A DNA stretch of 64,000 bases from an uncultured Alphaproteobacteria bacterium. GTDB lineage: Bacteria; Pseudomonadota; Alphaproteobacteria; Rhizobiales; Xanthobacteraceae. A program made the translations under genes and the position numbers. How positions within the stretch are numbered: the stretch's first letter is position 1; every line of letters begins with the position of its first letter. Location of the stretch: contig CAWJRE010000049.1 in the NCBI GenBank assembly GCA_963845075.1, forward strand, positions 58,047 to 122,046. The letters run 5' to 3'. Below are positions 26,375 through 36,305 of this stretch, in pieces. The notes under the pieces are model-generated. The model had not been told where the DNA came from, searched no databases, and saw only the letters and a list, made by a program, of their open reading frames with translations.

Positions 26375-27391
26375 GTGGCTTTGCAATTCGGCATTTTCGA
26401 TCACGTCGACGACAACGGCACGCCGCTCGCCGACCTGTTCGAGACGAGACTCAAGCTCGTCGAACAATACGATCGCTCCGGCTTTCGTTCCTACCATATC
26501 GCCGAGCATCATTCGACGCCGCTCGGCATGGCGCCCTCGCCGAGCGTGTTTCTTGCCGCGGTGGCGCAGCGGAGCCGGCGGCTGCGCTTCGGCCCCTTGC
26601 TTTATGTGACCCCGATGTACCATCCGCTGCGCGTCGCCGAGGAAGTGGTGATGCTCGATCATATGAGCCGCGGCCGGCTGGAATTGGGCTTGGGACGCGG
26701 CGCCTCGCCGATCGAGATCGCGGGCTTCGACGTCGATCCGGCCGATGCACCGGCGATGAACCGTGAAGCGACCGACCTCATTCTCAAGGCGCTGACCTCC
26801 GAGGTCGTGAGCTACGAGGGCAAGTTCTATCGCTGCAAGAATGTGCGCATCGAGGCGCGGCCATTGCAGCAGCCCTACCCGCCGCTTTGGTTCGCGCCGA
26901 CCGAGCCTGGGCGGGCGGCCGACGCGGCGCGCCTCAAGGGCAACATTGTCACCCTCATCCCCAACGCCGGCGTCAAGGCGCTGACCGAGGCTTACCGCGC
27001 CGCCTGGCAGGCCCAAGGCGATAAGGCCGCCGATCTCCCCCTGCTCGGCGTCTTCCGCCACGTCGTGGTCGCCGACAGCGATGGCAAAGCCCGCGATTTG
27101 GCGCGCCCCGCTTATCGGCAATGGCGGCGCCATATGGCGTTCCTGTGGGAATGGGGCGGGCTCCCGTTCCCGATCGCCGCGGTTTATCCAGAAGAATTCG
27201 ACACGCTGGAGACGATGAGCATGGGTGTCGCCGGCGCACCGGAAACTGTGCGCCGCTACGTCGCCGACAGCGTCGCGCAGACCGGCATCACGTATTTCGT
27301 CAGCGATTTTGCTTTCGGCTCATTGCCTTACGCGGCGGCGGCGCGCTCGGTCGAGCTGTTCGCGAACGAAGTCATGCCGGCATTTCGCTGA
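26375..27391 (+). CDS. luciferase-like (LLM class) flavin-dependent oxidoreductase
   Basis: 338 aa with FGIFDHVD...YHIAEHHSTPLGMAPSP...LDHMSRGRLELGLGRG. Confidence 0.85.
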   Translation: MALQFGIFDHVDDNGTPLADLFETRLKLVEQYDRSGFRSYHIAEHHSTPLGMAPSPSVFLAAVAQRSRRLRFGPLLYVTPMYHPLRVAEEVVMLDHMSRGRLELGLGRGASPIEIAGFDVDPADAPAMNREATDLILKALTSEVVSYEGKFYRCKNVRIEARPLQQPYPPLWFAPTEPGRAADAARLKGNIVTLIPNAGVKALTEAYRAAWQAQGDKAADLPLLGVFRHVVVADSDGKARDLARPAYRQWRRHMAFLWEWGGLPFPIAAVYPEEFDTLETMSMGVAGAPETVRRYVADSVAQTGITYFVSDFAFGSLPYAAAARSVELFANEVMPAFR

Positions 27392-27455
27392 ACAAGCAGC
27401 AACGTGCCGGCCGTCGCTGCGCCGAAAGTTCGCGAACAGACGACAAGCTCTTGAG

Positions 27456-27752
27456 CTACAACGATTTCGGCGTGCCGAAGCGCTGCTTCTCGTTCGGGCG
27501 CGGGTCGAACGTGGCGAGTGTCCCTGAGCCCAGGCACTTCATTCTGGCGCTGTAATGGGCTCCGTAGCGATAGCCTTCATACAGCGCACGCGAATAGGCG
27601 CGGGCGTGCGCGAACAAATGCCGGCGGCCCGCCTTGTTGTAGTGCATGCGAACCATCTGATGGCAGAAGGGACATTCCGCGTTCAGCGGATAGAGCGGCC
27701 GTCGTCCGATTAGCTTTAGGAACTCGAATACCCACACGGAGAAAATGCGCAT
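27456..27752 (-). CDS. small hypothetical protein (CPFC motif)
   Basis: 98-aa ORF with no recognisable family. Coding status is uncertain. Confidence 0.35.
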   Translation of the reverse strand: MRIFSVWVFEFLKLIGRRPLYPLNAECPFCHQMVRMHYNKAGRRHLFAHARAYSRALYEGYRYGAHYSARMKCLGSGTLATFDPRPNEKQRFGTPKSL

Positions 27753-27991
27753 GGTCGCCTCGTGCGATTTCCCGGCCCGCGATATCCGGCCGCCGCCAGA
27801 GCGGGGCGCCGGGATTGACAGCCGTGCCGAGCCAATAATTGGGTGGCGGAATCAACCGGTAAAGTAACAAAACGGCGCAGTCGCGGCGAGGTTGCGGCGG
27901 CGTAAAAAAAAACTTTCCGGCGAGGCCCCGATTCGGCAGTGGTGAAGCGAAAACGGCACCTGCCCAAAGGGTCGGCCCCTCCTCCGCGGCA

Positions 27992-29194
27992 TCATGGCGC
28001 AAGGGCGGGACAGCCGCCTTCCGCCAGCGGCCGGAAGGCCTTGTCGCCCGGTATGGTGGCGACAAGCTTGAGAAGATCCCACTCGCTTTGGGATTCGGCG
28101 GGCGCTTTGATCTGCACGAGATAGACGTCGTGCACCATGCGGCCGTCGGGCCGCAGCGTTCCGTTCGGCGTGAAGGCGTCGTCCACTTTGGTCTCGCGCA
28201 TCTTGGCGAACACGGTTTTCGGATCGTCCGAATTCGTCGCCGCCACCGCCTTGAGATAGCTGCGCACGGCCGAATAGGTGCCGACTTGGAAGCTCGACGG
28301 CGCCGTATGACGCCGCTCGACGAATTTGGCGAAGAACGCCTTGGCCGCGTCGTCGAAACCGGGCAGCCAGGGCGAGACATACATCATGCCTTGCGCGAGT
28401 TGCAGGCTGGTGGCGTGGATTGCCGGCAATGAGTCCAAGCCGAACGGCACCACTTTCTGCTTTTCGGTGATGCCGAATTCGCGCGCGGTCTTGACCGCAT
28501 TGATGGCGTCGTCGCCGCCGTTGGCGATCGCGACCACGTCGGCCTTCGAGGCCTGCGCTTGCAGCATGAACGAGGAGAAATCGCTGGTGCCGAGCGGATG
28601 GCGCACGGAGCCGATGACCTTGCCGCCGTTCTTCTCGATGAAGGCGGTGGCGCCTTCCTGCAGCGCGCGGCCGAACACATAATCGGCGGTGATAAAGAAC
28701 CAGGTCTTGCCGAGCTGCGGCAGCGCCTGGCCGATGGCCGAGCCGATCTCGTAGCTGTCATAGACCCAGTGGACCGAGGTGTTGGGCGCGCACGCCTTGC
28801 CGGTAAAGTCCGCCGAACCGGCGCTGGTCAGCAGCACCGCCTTGTTGTTGGTCTTGGCGATCTCCAGCACGGCAAAGCCGACGGCCGAATTGACCAAATC
28901 GGTCACCGCATCGACGCCGTCGAGATCGAACCAGCGGCGCGCGATCGCAGCCCCGATGTCGGGCTTGTTCTGGTGATCGGCGGAAACGATCTCGACCGGC
29001 ACGCCGTTGATCGTGTTGCCGAACTCCTCGGCGGCCATCTTCGCTGCCTCGACCGAGCCGACGCCGGAATTCTGCTCATAAGGCCCCGACAGATCGGTCA
29101 GCACGCCGATCTTGATCTTGCCGCCGGACATCTCGGCATGCGCGGGCAAAGCAAGCAAGACCAACGCGGTGAAACCGCAGACGGCAAGGCGCAT
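27992..29194 (-). CDS. LivK-type (branched-chain amino acid/amide family) periplasmic substrate-binding protein, orphan
   Basis: 400 aa with signal peptide MRLAVCGFTALVLLALPAHA and KIKIGVLTDLSGPY. There are no ABC permease or ATPase genes nearby. Confidence 0.85.
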   Translation of the reverse strand: MRLAVCGFTALVLLALPAHAEMSGGKIKIGVLTDLSGPYEQNSGVGSVEAAKMAAEEFGNTINGVPVEIVSADHQNKPDIGAAIARRWFDLDGVDAVTDLVNSAVGFAVLEIAKTNNKAVLLTSAGSADFTGKACAPNTSVHWVYDSYEIGSAIGQALPQLGKTWFFITADYVFGRALQEGATAFIEKNGGKVIGSVRHPLGTSDFSSFMLQAQASKADVVAIANGGDDAINAVKTAREFGITEKQKVVPFGLDSLPAIHATSLQLAQGMMYVSPWLPGFDDAAKAFFAKFVERRHTAPSSFQVGTYSAVRSYLKAVAATNSDDPKTVFAKMRETKVDDAFTPNGTLRPDGRMVHDVYLVQIKAPAESQSEWDLLKLVATIPGDKAFRPLAEGGCPALAP

Positions 29195-29294
29195 GTTTTC
29201 CTCCCGAGGCTCGTTGCCTGCAATGTCCGCCGATTGAGCGGCGGCTTGTCAAGCTGGCATAAGGGCCCGGTGGGCGCTGCCCGCACCTTGCCTG

Positions 29295-30776
29295 TCAACG
29301 GGTGGTGGGCTTGTCCAGTGAGCGCGACCGCGCCGTCGCTAGCCGCTCCCCCGCACTGACGACAGCCAGCACGATCACGTTCACCGCAAGCGCGATCAGC
29401 CCGACATTGAGCTCCTGTATCGCCGCCGGCAAACCCGGAAACAGCGTGGCGATGGTGGTGTGTGTCAGGCTGACGGCGGCCGCGGTCGCTACGCCGGCGA
29501 CGATGCCGGCGGCGGCGCCCGCGGGCGTCGCCCATCGTATTTTTGTCAGGCTCAGTGCCAGCGCCGGGAAAAGTTGCGTGACAAAGCTGTAGCCCATCAA
29601 CAGCAGCGCAACGATCGTCTGCCCGCCCGCCAGTGTGAAATAGACCGCGACCAACGCCACGACCGGTACCAGCAATTTCGCGACGCGCACGATGTGATGA
29701 TCGGCGGCCGAGCGATGCACAAGGCGATAGAGATTGTTGGCAAGAAGCGTCGCCGCCGTCATCAGGATCATCGAGCCGGGCACAAGCGCCGTGAGCACGC
29801 CGGCCGCGCCGATGATGCCGACGATCCACGGGTCGAAGGTTTTGACCGAGAGCTTGAACAGCGCGAGATCGATGTCGGCACCTTTGAGGCCCGGCACCTG
29901 CAGGATGGCCGCAAAGCCGACCAGAAACACGAACAACAAGATCAGCTGGTAGAGCGGCAACACCACCGCGTTCTGGCGGATCACGCGAGCGTTGCGCGCG
30001 GTGTAGATCGAGCCGAAGGTGTGCGGCCACATATAGAAGCCGAGTGCGGTCAGAAGCACGGTCGAGGAAAACCACCACGCGCTCTCGCCGTGGTCCGGCA
30101 GCACAACGAAACCGGGCTTGGCCGCTTCAATCGCTCCGAACATTGCGCCGAGCCCGCCGTAATAGTGCAGCGGAAAATAGATACCGAGAAAGACAACGAC
30201 CGCGAGGATCATCACGTCCTTGGCGACCGCCGTCCAAGCCGAGCCGCGCACGCCCGACAGCATCACATAAGCGGTCGCGACGGCGGCGCCGATCCACACC
30301 GCCGGCTCAGCCCCGATCGCGCCGTAGCCTGCGGCTTCCACGATGATGCCGAGCCCTTTGAACTGCAGCACCAGATAGGGGACGAGCGCGACGATGCCGA
30401 CCAGCGAAACGAGAGCGCCGAGCCAGCGGCTTTCATATTTGCCGGCGAAAAAGTCGGCCTGTGAATAGAGGCCATGATCGCGCGCATAGCGCCAGATTGG
30501 CGGCAGTATGAAATACGACATCACATAGGCGAGCGTGCCGTAGCACAGAATGTAATAAACCGGCCCGCCGCGCCCATAGGCAAAACCGCTGCCGCCGAGG
30601 AACGTGAAGGTCGTATAGATCTCGCCCGCCATGAGCAGAAAGACGAGCGGCGCGCCGAACGAGCGACCGGCGACGGTCCATTGCCCAAGGCCCATCTGCC
30701 GTCCGCGCTGCGCCAGAAAACCGAGCCCAAGCGCAAGCAGCGCGGCAGCGACGATGCCGACGAGCGCGCCGTTCAT
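29295..30776 (-). CDS. sodium:solute symporter (SSF) family transporter
   Basis: 493 aa from ATG 30776 and multi-pass hydrophobic. The start overlaps the DUF3311 stop (ATGA). Confidence 0.85.
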   Translation of the reverse strand: MNGALVGIVAAALLALGLGFLAQRGRQMGLGQWTVAGRSFGAPLVFLLMAGEIYTTFTFLGGSGFAYGRGGPVYYILCYGTLAYVMSYFILPPIWRYARDHGLYSQADFFAGKYESRWLGALVSLVGIVALVPYLVLQFKGLGIIVEAAGYGAIGAEPAVWIGAAVATAYVMLSGVRGSAWTAVAKDVMILAVVVFLGIYFPLHYYGGLGAMFGAIEAAKPGFVVLPDHGESAWWFSSTVLLTALGFYMWPHTFGSIYTARNARVIRQNAVVLPLYQLILLFVFLVGFAAILQVPGLKGADIDLALFKLSVKTFDPWIVGIIGAAGVLTALVPGSMILMTAATLLANNLYRLVHRSAADHHIVRVAKLLVPVVALVAVYFTLAGGQTIVALLLMGYSFVTQLFPALALSLTKIRWATPAGAAAGIVAGVATAAAVSLTHTTIATLFPGLPAAIQELNVGLIALAVNVIVLAVVSAGERLATARSRSLDKPTTR

Positions 30777-30970
30777 GAACGATCGTCGCGGTTCGCAGGA
30801 TCGAACCGGAAAATAATCGCCATGATCGCAGCACTCAGCACGATCCACGCCACGCACCAGGCAAGCAGGAACGGCATACCGAGGACGGTCGGCTCGACCC
30901 GGTTGACGAAGAACGGGCCGATCAGCATCGCGGCGAACGGCAGAAGCGCAAGCAGACGGACCATGCGCAT
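30773..30970 (-). CDS. DUF3311-like small membrane protein partner of the SSF transporter
   Basis: 65 aa with two hydrophobic segments. It is translationally coupled to the symporter. Confidence 0.7.
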   Translation of the reverse strand: MRMVRLLALLPFAAMLIGPFFVNRVEPTVLGMPFLLAWCVAWIVLSAAIMAIIFRFDPANRDDRS

Positions 30971-31012
30971 CAGATAACCCGTTCGCCGCCTGATGTCCTA
31001 TCTCTTGGTGCG

Positions 31013-32008
31013 CTACTTCTTTGCCGTGCCGTTTTTGAGCTTGAGCAGCCGATCGGCATTGCCGTGCGCAAATTTTTCCAGATCGCCGGGCGGCAGCTTG
31101 AGCGTGTCGAGGAAATCCCGGCCGGTCCGGTTGGTGCTGTAGGGATAGTCGATTGAGAACATCACCCTGTCCGGGCCGAAGACGGCAAGCAGCGTCTCGA
31201 GCGGCGGCAAGGTGAACAAGCCTGAGGTTGTCACCCAGACCTGGTCGAGAATGGTCTGCTCGACCGAACGTTTGAGGTGCGGCGCCTCGGGCGTGAGGAT
31301 CTTATCGGAGCGCACCATCATCGCGGCGAGCCCCTCGCCCATATGGCCGATGATGAGCTTGAGCTTGGGATGGCGGTCGAGCGCGCCGGACAGGACCAGC
31401 CGCATGACATGAATGGCCGTCTCCGAATGCCAGCCCCAGGCCGACGTAGAGAGGCGAAAGCCGGTCGTGCCCGGCAGGCCGTCGTAATAGGCTTCGTAGA
31501 CCGAGCGCGGCGGCAGGCCCGGGTGCAAGTAGATCGGCACGTCGAGCGCTTCGGCCCGCGCCAGGATCGGCTCGAAGTCCGGGTGGTCGAGAAAGCGGCC
31601 TTCGGTGACGCCGTTGATCAGTGCGCCGCAGAAGCCAAGATCGCGCACCGAACGTTCAAGCTCGTCGGCCGCGGCTTGCGGGCTATTCATCGGCAGGTGG
31701 GCAAAGCCCGCGAAGCGATCCGGATGGGTGGAAACCGCTTTGGCCAGCACGTCATTGACGTCGCGCGCGAACGCGACGCCTTCGGCGCCGGCAAGCAGAT
31801 AAGCGCCGGGCCCGGATGCCGACAGCACATGCACCGTGATCCCGGCCTCATCCATCTCGGAAAGGCGCAGCGCCCCAAGATCCGAAAGCTTGTCGGCAAG
31901 CGGCCCGCCAAAGCCCGGCGGAAAGCCAAAGCGGGCGATGGCGTCGGGCTCGATCCTTCGCACCAGCGAAGGGACGTTGAAGTGTTCCTCAAGGGCGACA
32001 ATGCGCAT
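31013..32008 (-). CDS. amidohydrolase-2 (ACMSD-like) family protein
   Basis: 331 aa from ATG 32008, with AAGGAAAG upstream. It begins MRIVALEEHF and contains ...FDRVMFSIDYPY near the C-terminus. Confidence 0.8.
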   Translation of the reverse strand: MRIVALEEHFNVPSLVRRIEPDAIARFGFPPGFGGPLADKLSDLGALRLSEMDEAGITVHVLSASGPGAYLLAGAEGVAFARDVNDVLAKAVSTHPDRFAGFAHLPMNSPQAAADELERSVRDLGFCGALINGVTEGRFLDHPDFEPILARAEALDVPIYLHPGLPPRSVYEAYYDGLPGTTGFRLSTSAWGWHSETAIHVMRLVLSGALDRHPKLKLIIGHMGEGLAAMMVRSDKILTPEAPHLKRSVEQTILDQVWVTTSGLFTLPPLETLLAVFGPDRVMFSIDYPYSTNRTGRDFLDTLKLPPGDLEKFAHGNADRLLKLKNGTAKK

Positions 32009-32254
32009 AGCGGCTTTCCTTTGACCTGACATGGCCCGGCAGACGACGCGGCCGGCGCGCTGCAACCTAAACCACATTCCGATTGGATTGAATCGGGCTA
32101 GCGCTGCGGATTCCGCAGTCTCATGTGCATTTTGGGAAAGCCGGCTTTCACCTTGGATCAAGTCCGGGCCGGCTTTCTCCGGAACGCCGGGGGCCCGGAA
32201 TTGAGGGTCTGTTAACCGTAATCAGGCACCTTCAACATCCGTCACTACCTGGGG

Positions 32255-32488
32255 TTGCCCATGGCTTACCTGCTGCCGCGCACGATCCTGGTGGTCATTG
32301 CCTGGGGCGTCACTTGCGCCCTGATCAGGCGCATCTGGCCTTCGGCCGAAATGCCGGCCTTTGCGATTGCCGGCGCCACTTGGCTGGCCGCCGGCGTGGC
32401 CTATTTCGGCTACCTGAACAAACTGCGGCGCGACATCGTGCGGCTCGAGCGTGCCCGCAGCTACACCTACGTCCGGCGCTGCCGCTGA
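32255..32488 (+). CDS. small hypothetical membrane protein
   Basis: 77-aa ORF with two hydrophobic segments. No family recognised. Confidence 0.35.
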   Translation: MPMAYLLPRTILVVIAWGVTCALIRRIWPSAEMPAFAIAGATWLAAGVAYFGYLNKLRRDIVRLERARSYTYVRRCR

Positions 32489-32508
32489 ACTGATCGGGCG
32501 CTGAGAGA

Positions 32509-33687
32509 TCAGTGCCCTGCTCTGTTCCAGCCGCGTGCCCGGTTGCCGTAGATCTCGTGCCCGTTCGCCGTCACGGCCACCGTATCCTCGAGCTTGATGA
32601 AGCCGCGCCGCGGGTGCAGCAGCGTGGTCTCGACCGAAATCACCATGCCGGCTTCGAGCGGTCGCTGCGCATCATAGGCATCGTATGGTACCGGGCCGGA
32701 GTTAGTCAGCCGCGGCGCCTCATGGCTCACGAGCCCCATGCCGTGGGCGAGAAACTCGTAGTGATTGTGCAGCTTCGATTGCTTCAGAACCGGTTCGGCC
32801 GCGGCATAGATTTCGGCCCCATTCACGCCGGCGCGGATCGGCCTGAAGGCGGCCTGCTGGGTCGCCTCGATCTCAGCGAGAAGGTCTTCAAGCTCGGCGT
32901 CGGGTTCGCCGGCGATGCCCATGCGCGCCAGATCGCCGATATAGCCGTGATAGTTGCCCCCTGAATCGAGCGACAGCGGATCGCCCTTCTGCCAAACCTG
33001 ATCCGAGGGAGCCCGGTTGAGACTGGAGCCCGCCGCGATCAAGCAATAGTCGAACACCAGCCCACGCGAGGTCTCTTCGCGTCGCAGGGCTTCGGCCAAT
33101 TCCGCCTTGGTGGCGCCGGCGCCGTGGCTCGCGAGCACCGCCAGCATGGAATCGATCACCAGCTCGGACGCGAGCTTAAGTTTTTCCAGTTCCTCCGGCG
33201 TCTTGCGCACCCGCAATCGCTCGAGCACGAACAGCGCGTCCTTGATCTCGGCATCGGGATTGGTCTTGCGCAGCGTGGCGACCGCATCCGCCGGTGCAAA
33301 GGCGAGCTCGAGACCGATGCGGCCGGGCTTTTTGGCGAGGCCGCGGACATAGTCGGCGGCCTTCTGCATGACGTCGACTGAGCCGCCGCTCTTGGTGTTC
33401 ACCTCCGAGACCCAGAACGGCTTGAGCTGCGTCTGATAAGTCTCCATGCCGTGGCCGAAATAGGCGGCTTTGTCGGGAGCGCCCTTCGGATAAACAAAAG
33501 CGGGCAGATAACGGCTGATGCCGATGGCATCCATGTTGTCGAAAAAGAACGAGCGATGGCCGCCGAGCAGATATTGGATGTTGTGTTTCGACGTCGCGAT
33601 CAGCACGTCGAGGCCGGCTTCGTCCATCAACCGGTCGAGTAGCGCGGTATCGAAAGGCGCGGTGCCGTGTCGCGTGACGTCGAGCAT
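32509..33687 (-). CDS. M24 family metallopeptidase (Xaa-Pro dipeptidase/creatinase-like)
   Basis: 392 aa with a creatinase-like N-domain followed by the pita-bread fold (DSGGNYHGYIGDLARM...HGMGL...ISVETT). Confidence 0.85.
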   Translation of the reverse strand: MLDVTRHGTAPFDTALLDRLMDEAGLDVLIATSKHNIQYLLGGHRSFFFDNMDAIGISRYLPAFVYPKGAPDKAAYFGHGMETYQTQLKPFWVSEVNTKSGGSVDVMQKAADYVRGLAKKPGRIGLELAFAPADAVATLRKTNPDAEIKDALFVLERLRVRKTPEELEKLKLASELVIDSMLAVLASHGAGATKAELAEALRREETSRGLVFDYCLIAAGSSLNRAPSDQVWQKGDPLSLDSGGNYHGYIGDLARMGIAGEPDAELEDLLAEIEATQQAAFRPIRAGVNGAEIYAAAEPVLKQSKLHNHYEFLAHGMGLVSHEAPRLTNSGPVPYDAYDAQRPLEAGMVISVETTLLHPRRGFIKLEDTVAVTANGHEIYGNRARGWNRAGH

Positions 33688-33763
33688 GTCCGATCTCCCT
33701 TAAGGCGTGATTTTGCCGGTAGCCTAGCAAATCCGCCCTGGAAGATGAACTGGTGTCTCCGTG

Positions 33764-35005
33764 TCAGGCCGCAGACTTTGCCCCCGCCCGGACCGGCACA
33801 GCGCGCTGGACCTCGGCCGCGCCGCGCCGGGCGCGATCGAGGATGAGCTCGATCGAGGCGATCTCGATCCGGTTTCGCCCCGCATCCTTGGCGCGGTAGA
33901 GCGCATGATCGGCCTGCGCCAACAGCGCCGAAAGATCGAGCACCGCATCGTACGCGATCACGACGCCAATGCTCACCGTACCGTCGACCGGGCGCCCCTC
34001 GACCACGCGGGTGGCGGCGGCAAACGAACTGCGGATCTGCTCGGCGACCGCCAAGGCGCGCTCGCGGGTGGTGTCGTGCAAGAGCGCCGCGAACTCTTCG
34101 CCGCCCAAGCGGCCGAACAGGTCGATGCGGCGCAGGCAGCTACTCGCCACTTCGGCAAAGATCTCCAACACGCGGTCACCGATGGCGTGGCCGTAGCGGT
34201 CGTTGATCGATTTGAAATTATCGAGATCGAGCAGCATCACCGCGGTCGGGCGCGGCTCGTTGACCTGGCGCTTGAGGTGCTCCTCGCCTTCCTCCAGGAA
34301 CGCGCGGCGATTGGAGATGCCGGTCAAGGGATCGATCATCGCCGCGGTCTTCTGGCGATGCTCGGCGCGCTCCTTCGCCATCGCCAGAAGAATAAAGGCG
34401 ATGGCGATGGTGTACAGCAGCCCCTCGAAGCTGAGCACCGAGAGCCACACGCTTCCCAGCAGCGGATTGTTGCGCGCGAGCCAGGGCAGCAGGTCTCCGA
34501 GCGGAGTGCGCAGCAAATAAAGGGCGCCGTGCGCGAACAGCATGAAGATCGCCGGCCAGCGCGAAACCAAAGGCTCGCTCCGGCCGCGCCAGAATTCGAG
34601 CGCGGCGGCCCAGGTATAGCCAGTGATAATGCCGGACGACAACAGCACCCGCAGCTCGAGGGATTCGGTGAAGCCCGGAATCCGGCAGGCGACGAGCCAC
34701 AGCGCGGCGCCCGCGAACAACAGCACGAATTGCGGCTTGCGATGATCGAACAGGCGGGCGCCCGTCCACGTCACCGCGAACGAAGTGAAGAGAATGGCAT
34801 TGGCGAGATCGATGGAGATCAGATCGGAGACCGCGCCGTAGAGCCCGAACAACGTTACCGAGGCGGCGCGCAGAAGATGCGCGAAGCCCCACCAGGCCAC
34901 AGCGGTAATGGCGGTGTTCTGCGCCCAGGCAAACAACAGCAGCAATCCGAGGATTGCTTCCACATAGATGGTGACGAGAAACAGGGTATTGACGTCGAGA
35001 TTCAT
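33764..35005 (-). CDS. membrane-anchored diguanylate cyclase (GGDEF domain)
   Basis: About 6 TM segments followed by DPLTGISNRRAF...LDLDNFKSINDRYGHAIGD...RLGGEEFA. The start is ATG 35005 or TTG 35032. Confidence 0.88.
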   Translation of the reverse strand: MNLDVNTLFLVTIYVEAILGLLLLFAWAQNTAITAVAWWGFAHLLRAASVTLFGLYGAVSDLISIDLANAILFTSFAVTWTGARLFDHRKPQFVLLFAGAALWLVACRIPGFTESLELRVLLSSGIITGYTWAAALEFWRGRSEPLVSRWPAIFMLFAHGALYLLRTPLGDLLPWLARNNPLLGSVWLSVLSFEGLLYTIAIAFILLAMAKERAEHRQKTAAMIDPLTGISNRRAFLEEGEEHLKRQVNEPRPTAVMLLDLDNFKSINDRYGHAIGDRVLEIFAEVASSCLRRIDLFGRLGGEEFAALLHDTTRERALAVAEQIRSSFAAATRVVEGRPVDGTVSIGVVIAYDAVLDLSALLAQADHALYRAKDAGRNRIEIASIELILDRARRGAAEVQRAVPVRAGAKSAA

Positions 35006-35238
35006 CGCGGCTCGCCAATAATCGTGAGGCAATCGATTGCTGAAATCCCCTCGCTGCTATGGCGATACGCTAAACCCCGGAAAAAATCGGTGAATAGTGG
35101 TAGCACTATGCGGAGTCAGGATCGGCATGGTTTCGGCAACCTTTCGCACCCGAGCGACAATTGAACCAATGGCGGACGAGCCTTGTTTCCAAGGGGTTAG
35201 TCATTTAGGGTCCATTCCCTTTTGAGGATGACGCGGCG

Positions 35239-36270
35239 ATGCAGTTTTGCGACGGAATCGTCGAGGCGATCGGGAATACACCACTCATCAAGCTTAAGCG
35301 GGTTTCGGCGGCGACCGGCTGCACGATTCTCGGCAAGGCCGAGTTCATGAATCCCGGCCAGTCGGTGAAGGACCGCGCCGCGTTGTTCATCATTCAGGAC
35401 GCGGTGAAGCGGGGTGCGCTCAAGCCGGGCGGCGTAATCGTCGAGGGTACCGCGGGCAACACCGGCATCGGGCTTGCGCTGGTCGGCAACGCGCTCGGCT
35501 TTCGCTCGGTGATCGTCATTCCGGAAACGCAAAGCCAAGAGAAGAAAGACACGCTGCGGCTCTGCGGCGCCGAATTGGTCGAGGTGCCGGCGGTCCCTTA
35601 TTCCAATCCGAACAACTACGTGAAGCTCTCCGGCCGGCTCGCCGAGCAACTGGCGAAGAGCGAGAAGAACGGCGCGATCTGGGCCAACCAGTTCGACAAT
35701 GTCGCCAACCGGCAAGGCCATGTCGAGACGACCGGGCCGGAAATCTGGCGGCAGACCGAGGGCAAGGTCGATGGCTTCGTCTGCGCCGTCGGCACCGGCG
35801 GCACGCTCGCCGGCATCGCGATCGCGCTCAAATCGTTCAGCAACTCCGTGCGCATCGCGCTCGCCGATCCGATGGGCGCCGCGCTCTATAGCTATTACAC
35901 GACCGGCACGCTCAAGTCGGAAGGCTCATCGATCACCGAAGGCATCGGCCAAGGCCGCATCACTAAGAATCTGGAAGGTGCCCCGATCGATATCGCCTAT
36001 CAGATCCCCGACGAAGAAGCGGTGCCGATCGTCTTCGACCTGCTCGAATACGAAGGGCTTTGCCTCGGCGGCTCCTCCGGCATCAATGTCGCCGGCGCTG
36101 TGCGTCTTGCGAAGGAGCTTGGCCCCGGCCATACCATCGTGACCATTCTCGCCGACTACGGCACGCGCTATCAATCGAAACTGTTCAATCCGGCTTTTCT
36201 GCGCGAGAAAAAACTGCCGGTGCCGCACTGGCTCGAGCGGCAGTCGGGAATCAAGGCGCCCTTTCTCTGA
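35239..36270 (+). CDS. cysK: cysteine synthase family PLP enzyme (CysK/CBS-like)
   Basis: 343 aa with IGNTPLIKL...NPGQSVKDRAA...EGTAGNTGIGLA. Confidence 0.8.
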   Translation: MQFCDGIVEAIGNTPLIKLKRVSAATGCTILGKAEFMNPGQSVKDRAALFIIQDAVKRGALKPGGVIVEGTAGNTGIGLALVGNALGFRSVIVIPETQSQEKKDTLRLCGAELVEVPAVPYSNPNNYVKLSGRLAEQLAKSEKNGAIWANQFDNVANRQGHVETTGPEIWRQTEGKVDGFVCAVGTGGTLAGIAIALKSFSNSVRIALADPMGAALYSYYTTGTLKSEGSSITEGIGQGRITKNLEGAPIDIAYQIPDEEAVPIVFDLLEYEGLCLGGSSGINVAGAVRLAKELGPGHTIVTILADYGTRYQSKLFNPAFLREKKLPVPHWLERQSGIKAPFL

Positions 36271-36305
36271 ACCGTCACGCTTGCCCGCGGGTTAGTGTCA
36301 TTGCC

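Noticed and set aside
27895-27925. A9 run as a Rho-independent terminator for the LivK-type binding-protein gene
   Set aside because: I could not draw a convincing GC-rich hairpin adjacent to the run on the appropriate strand.
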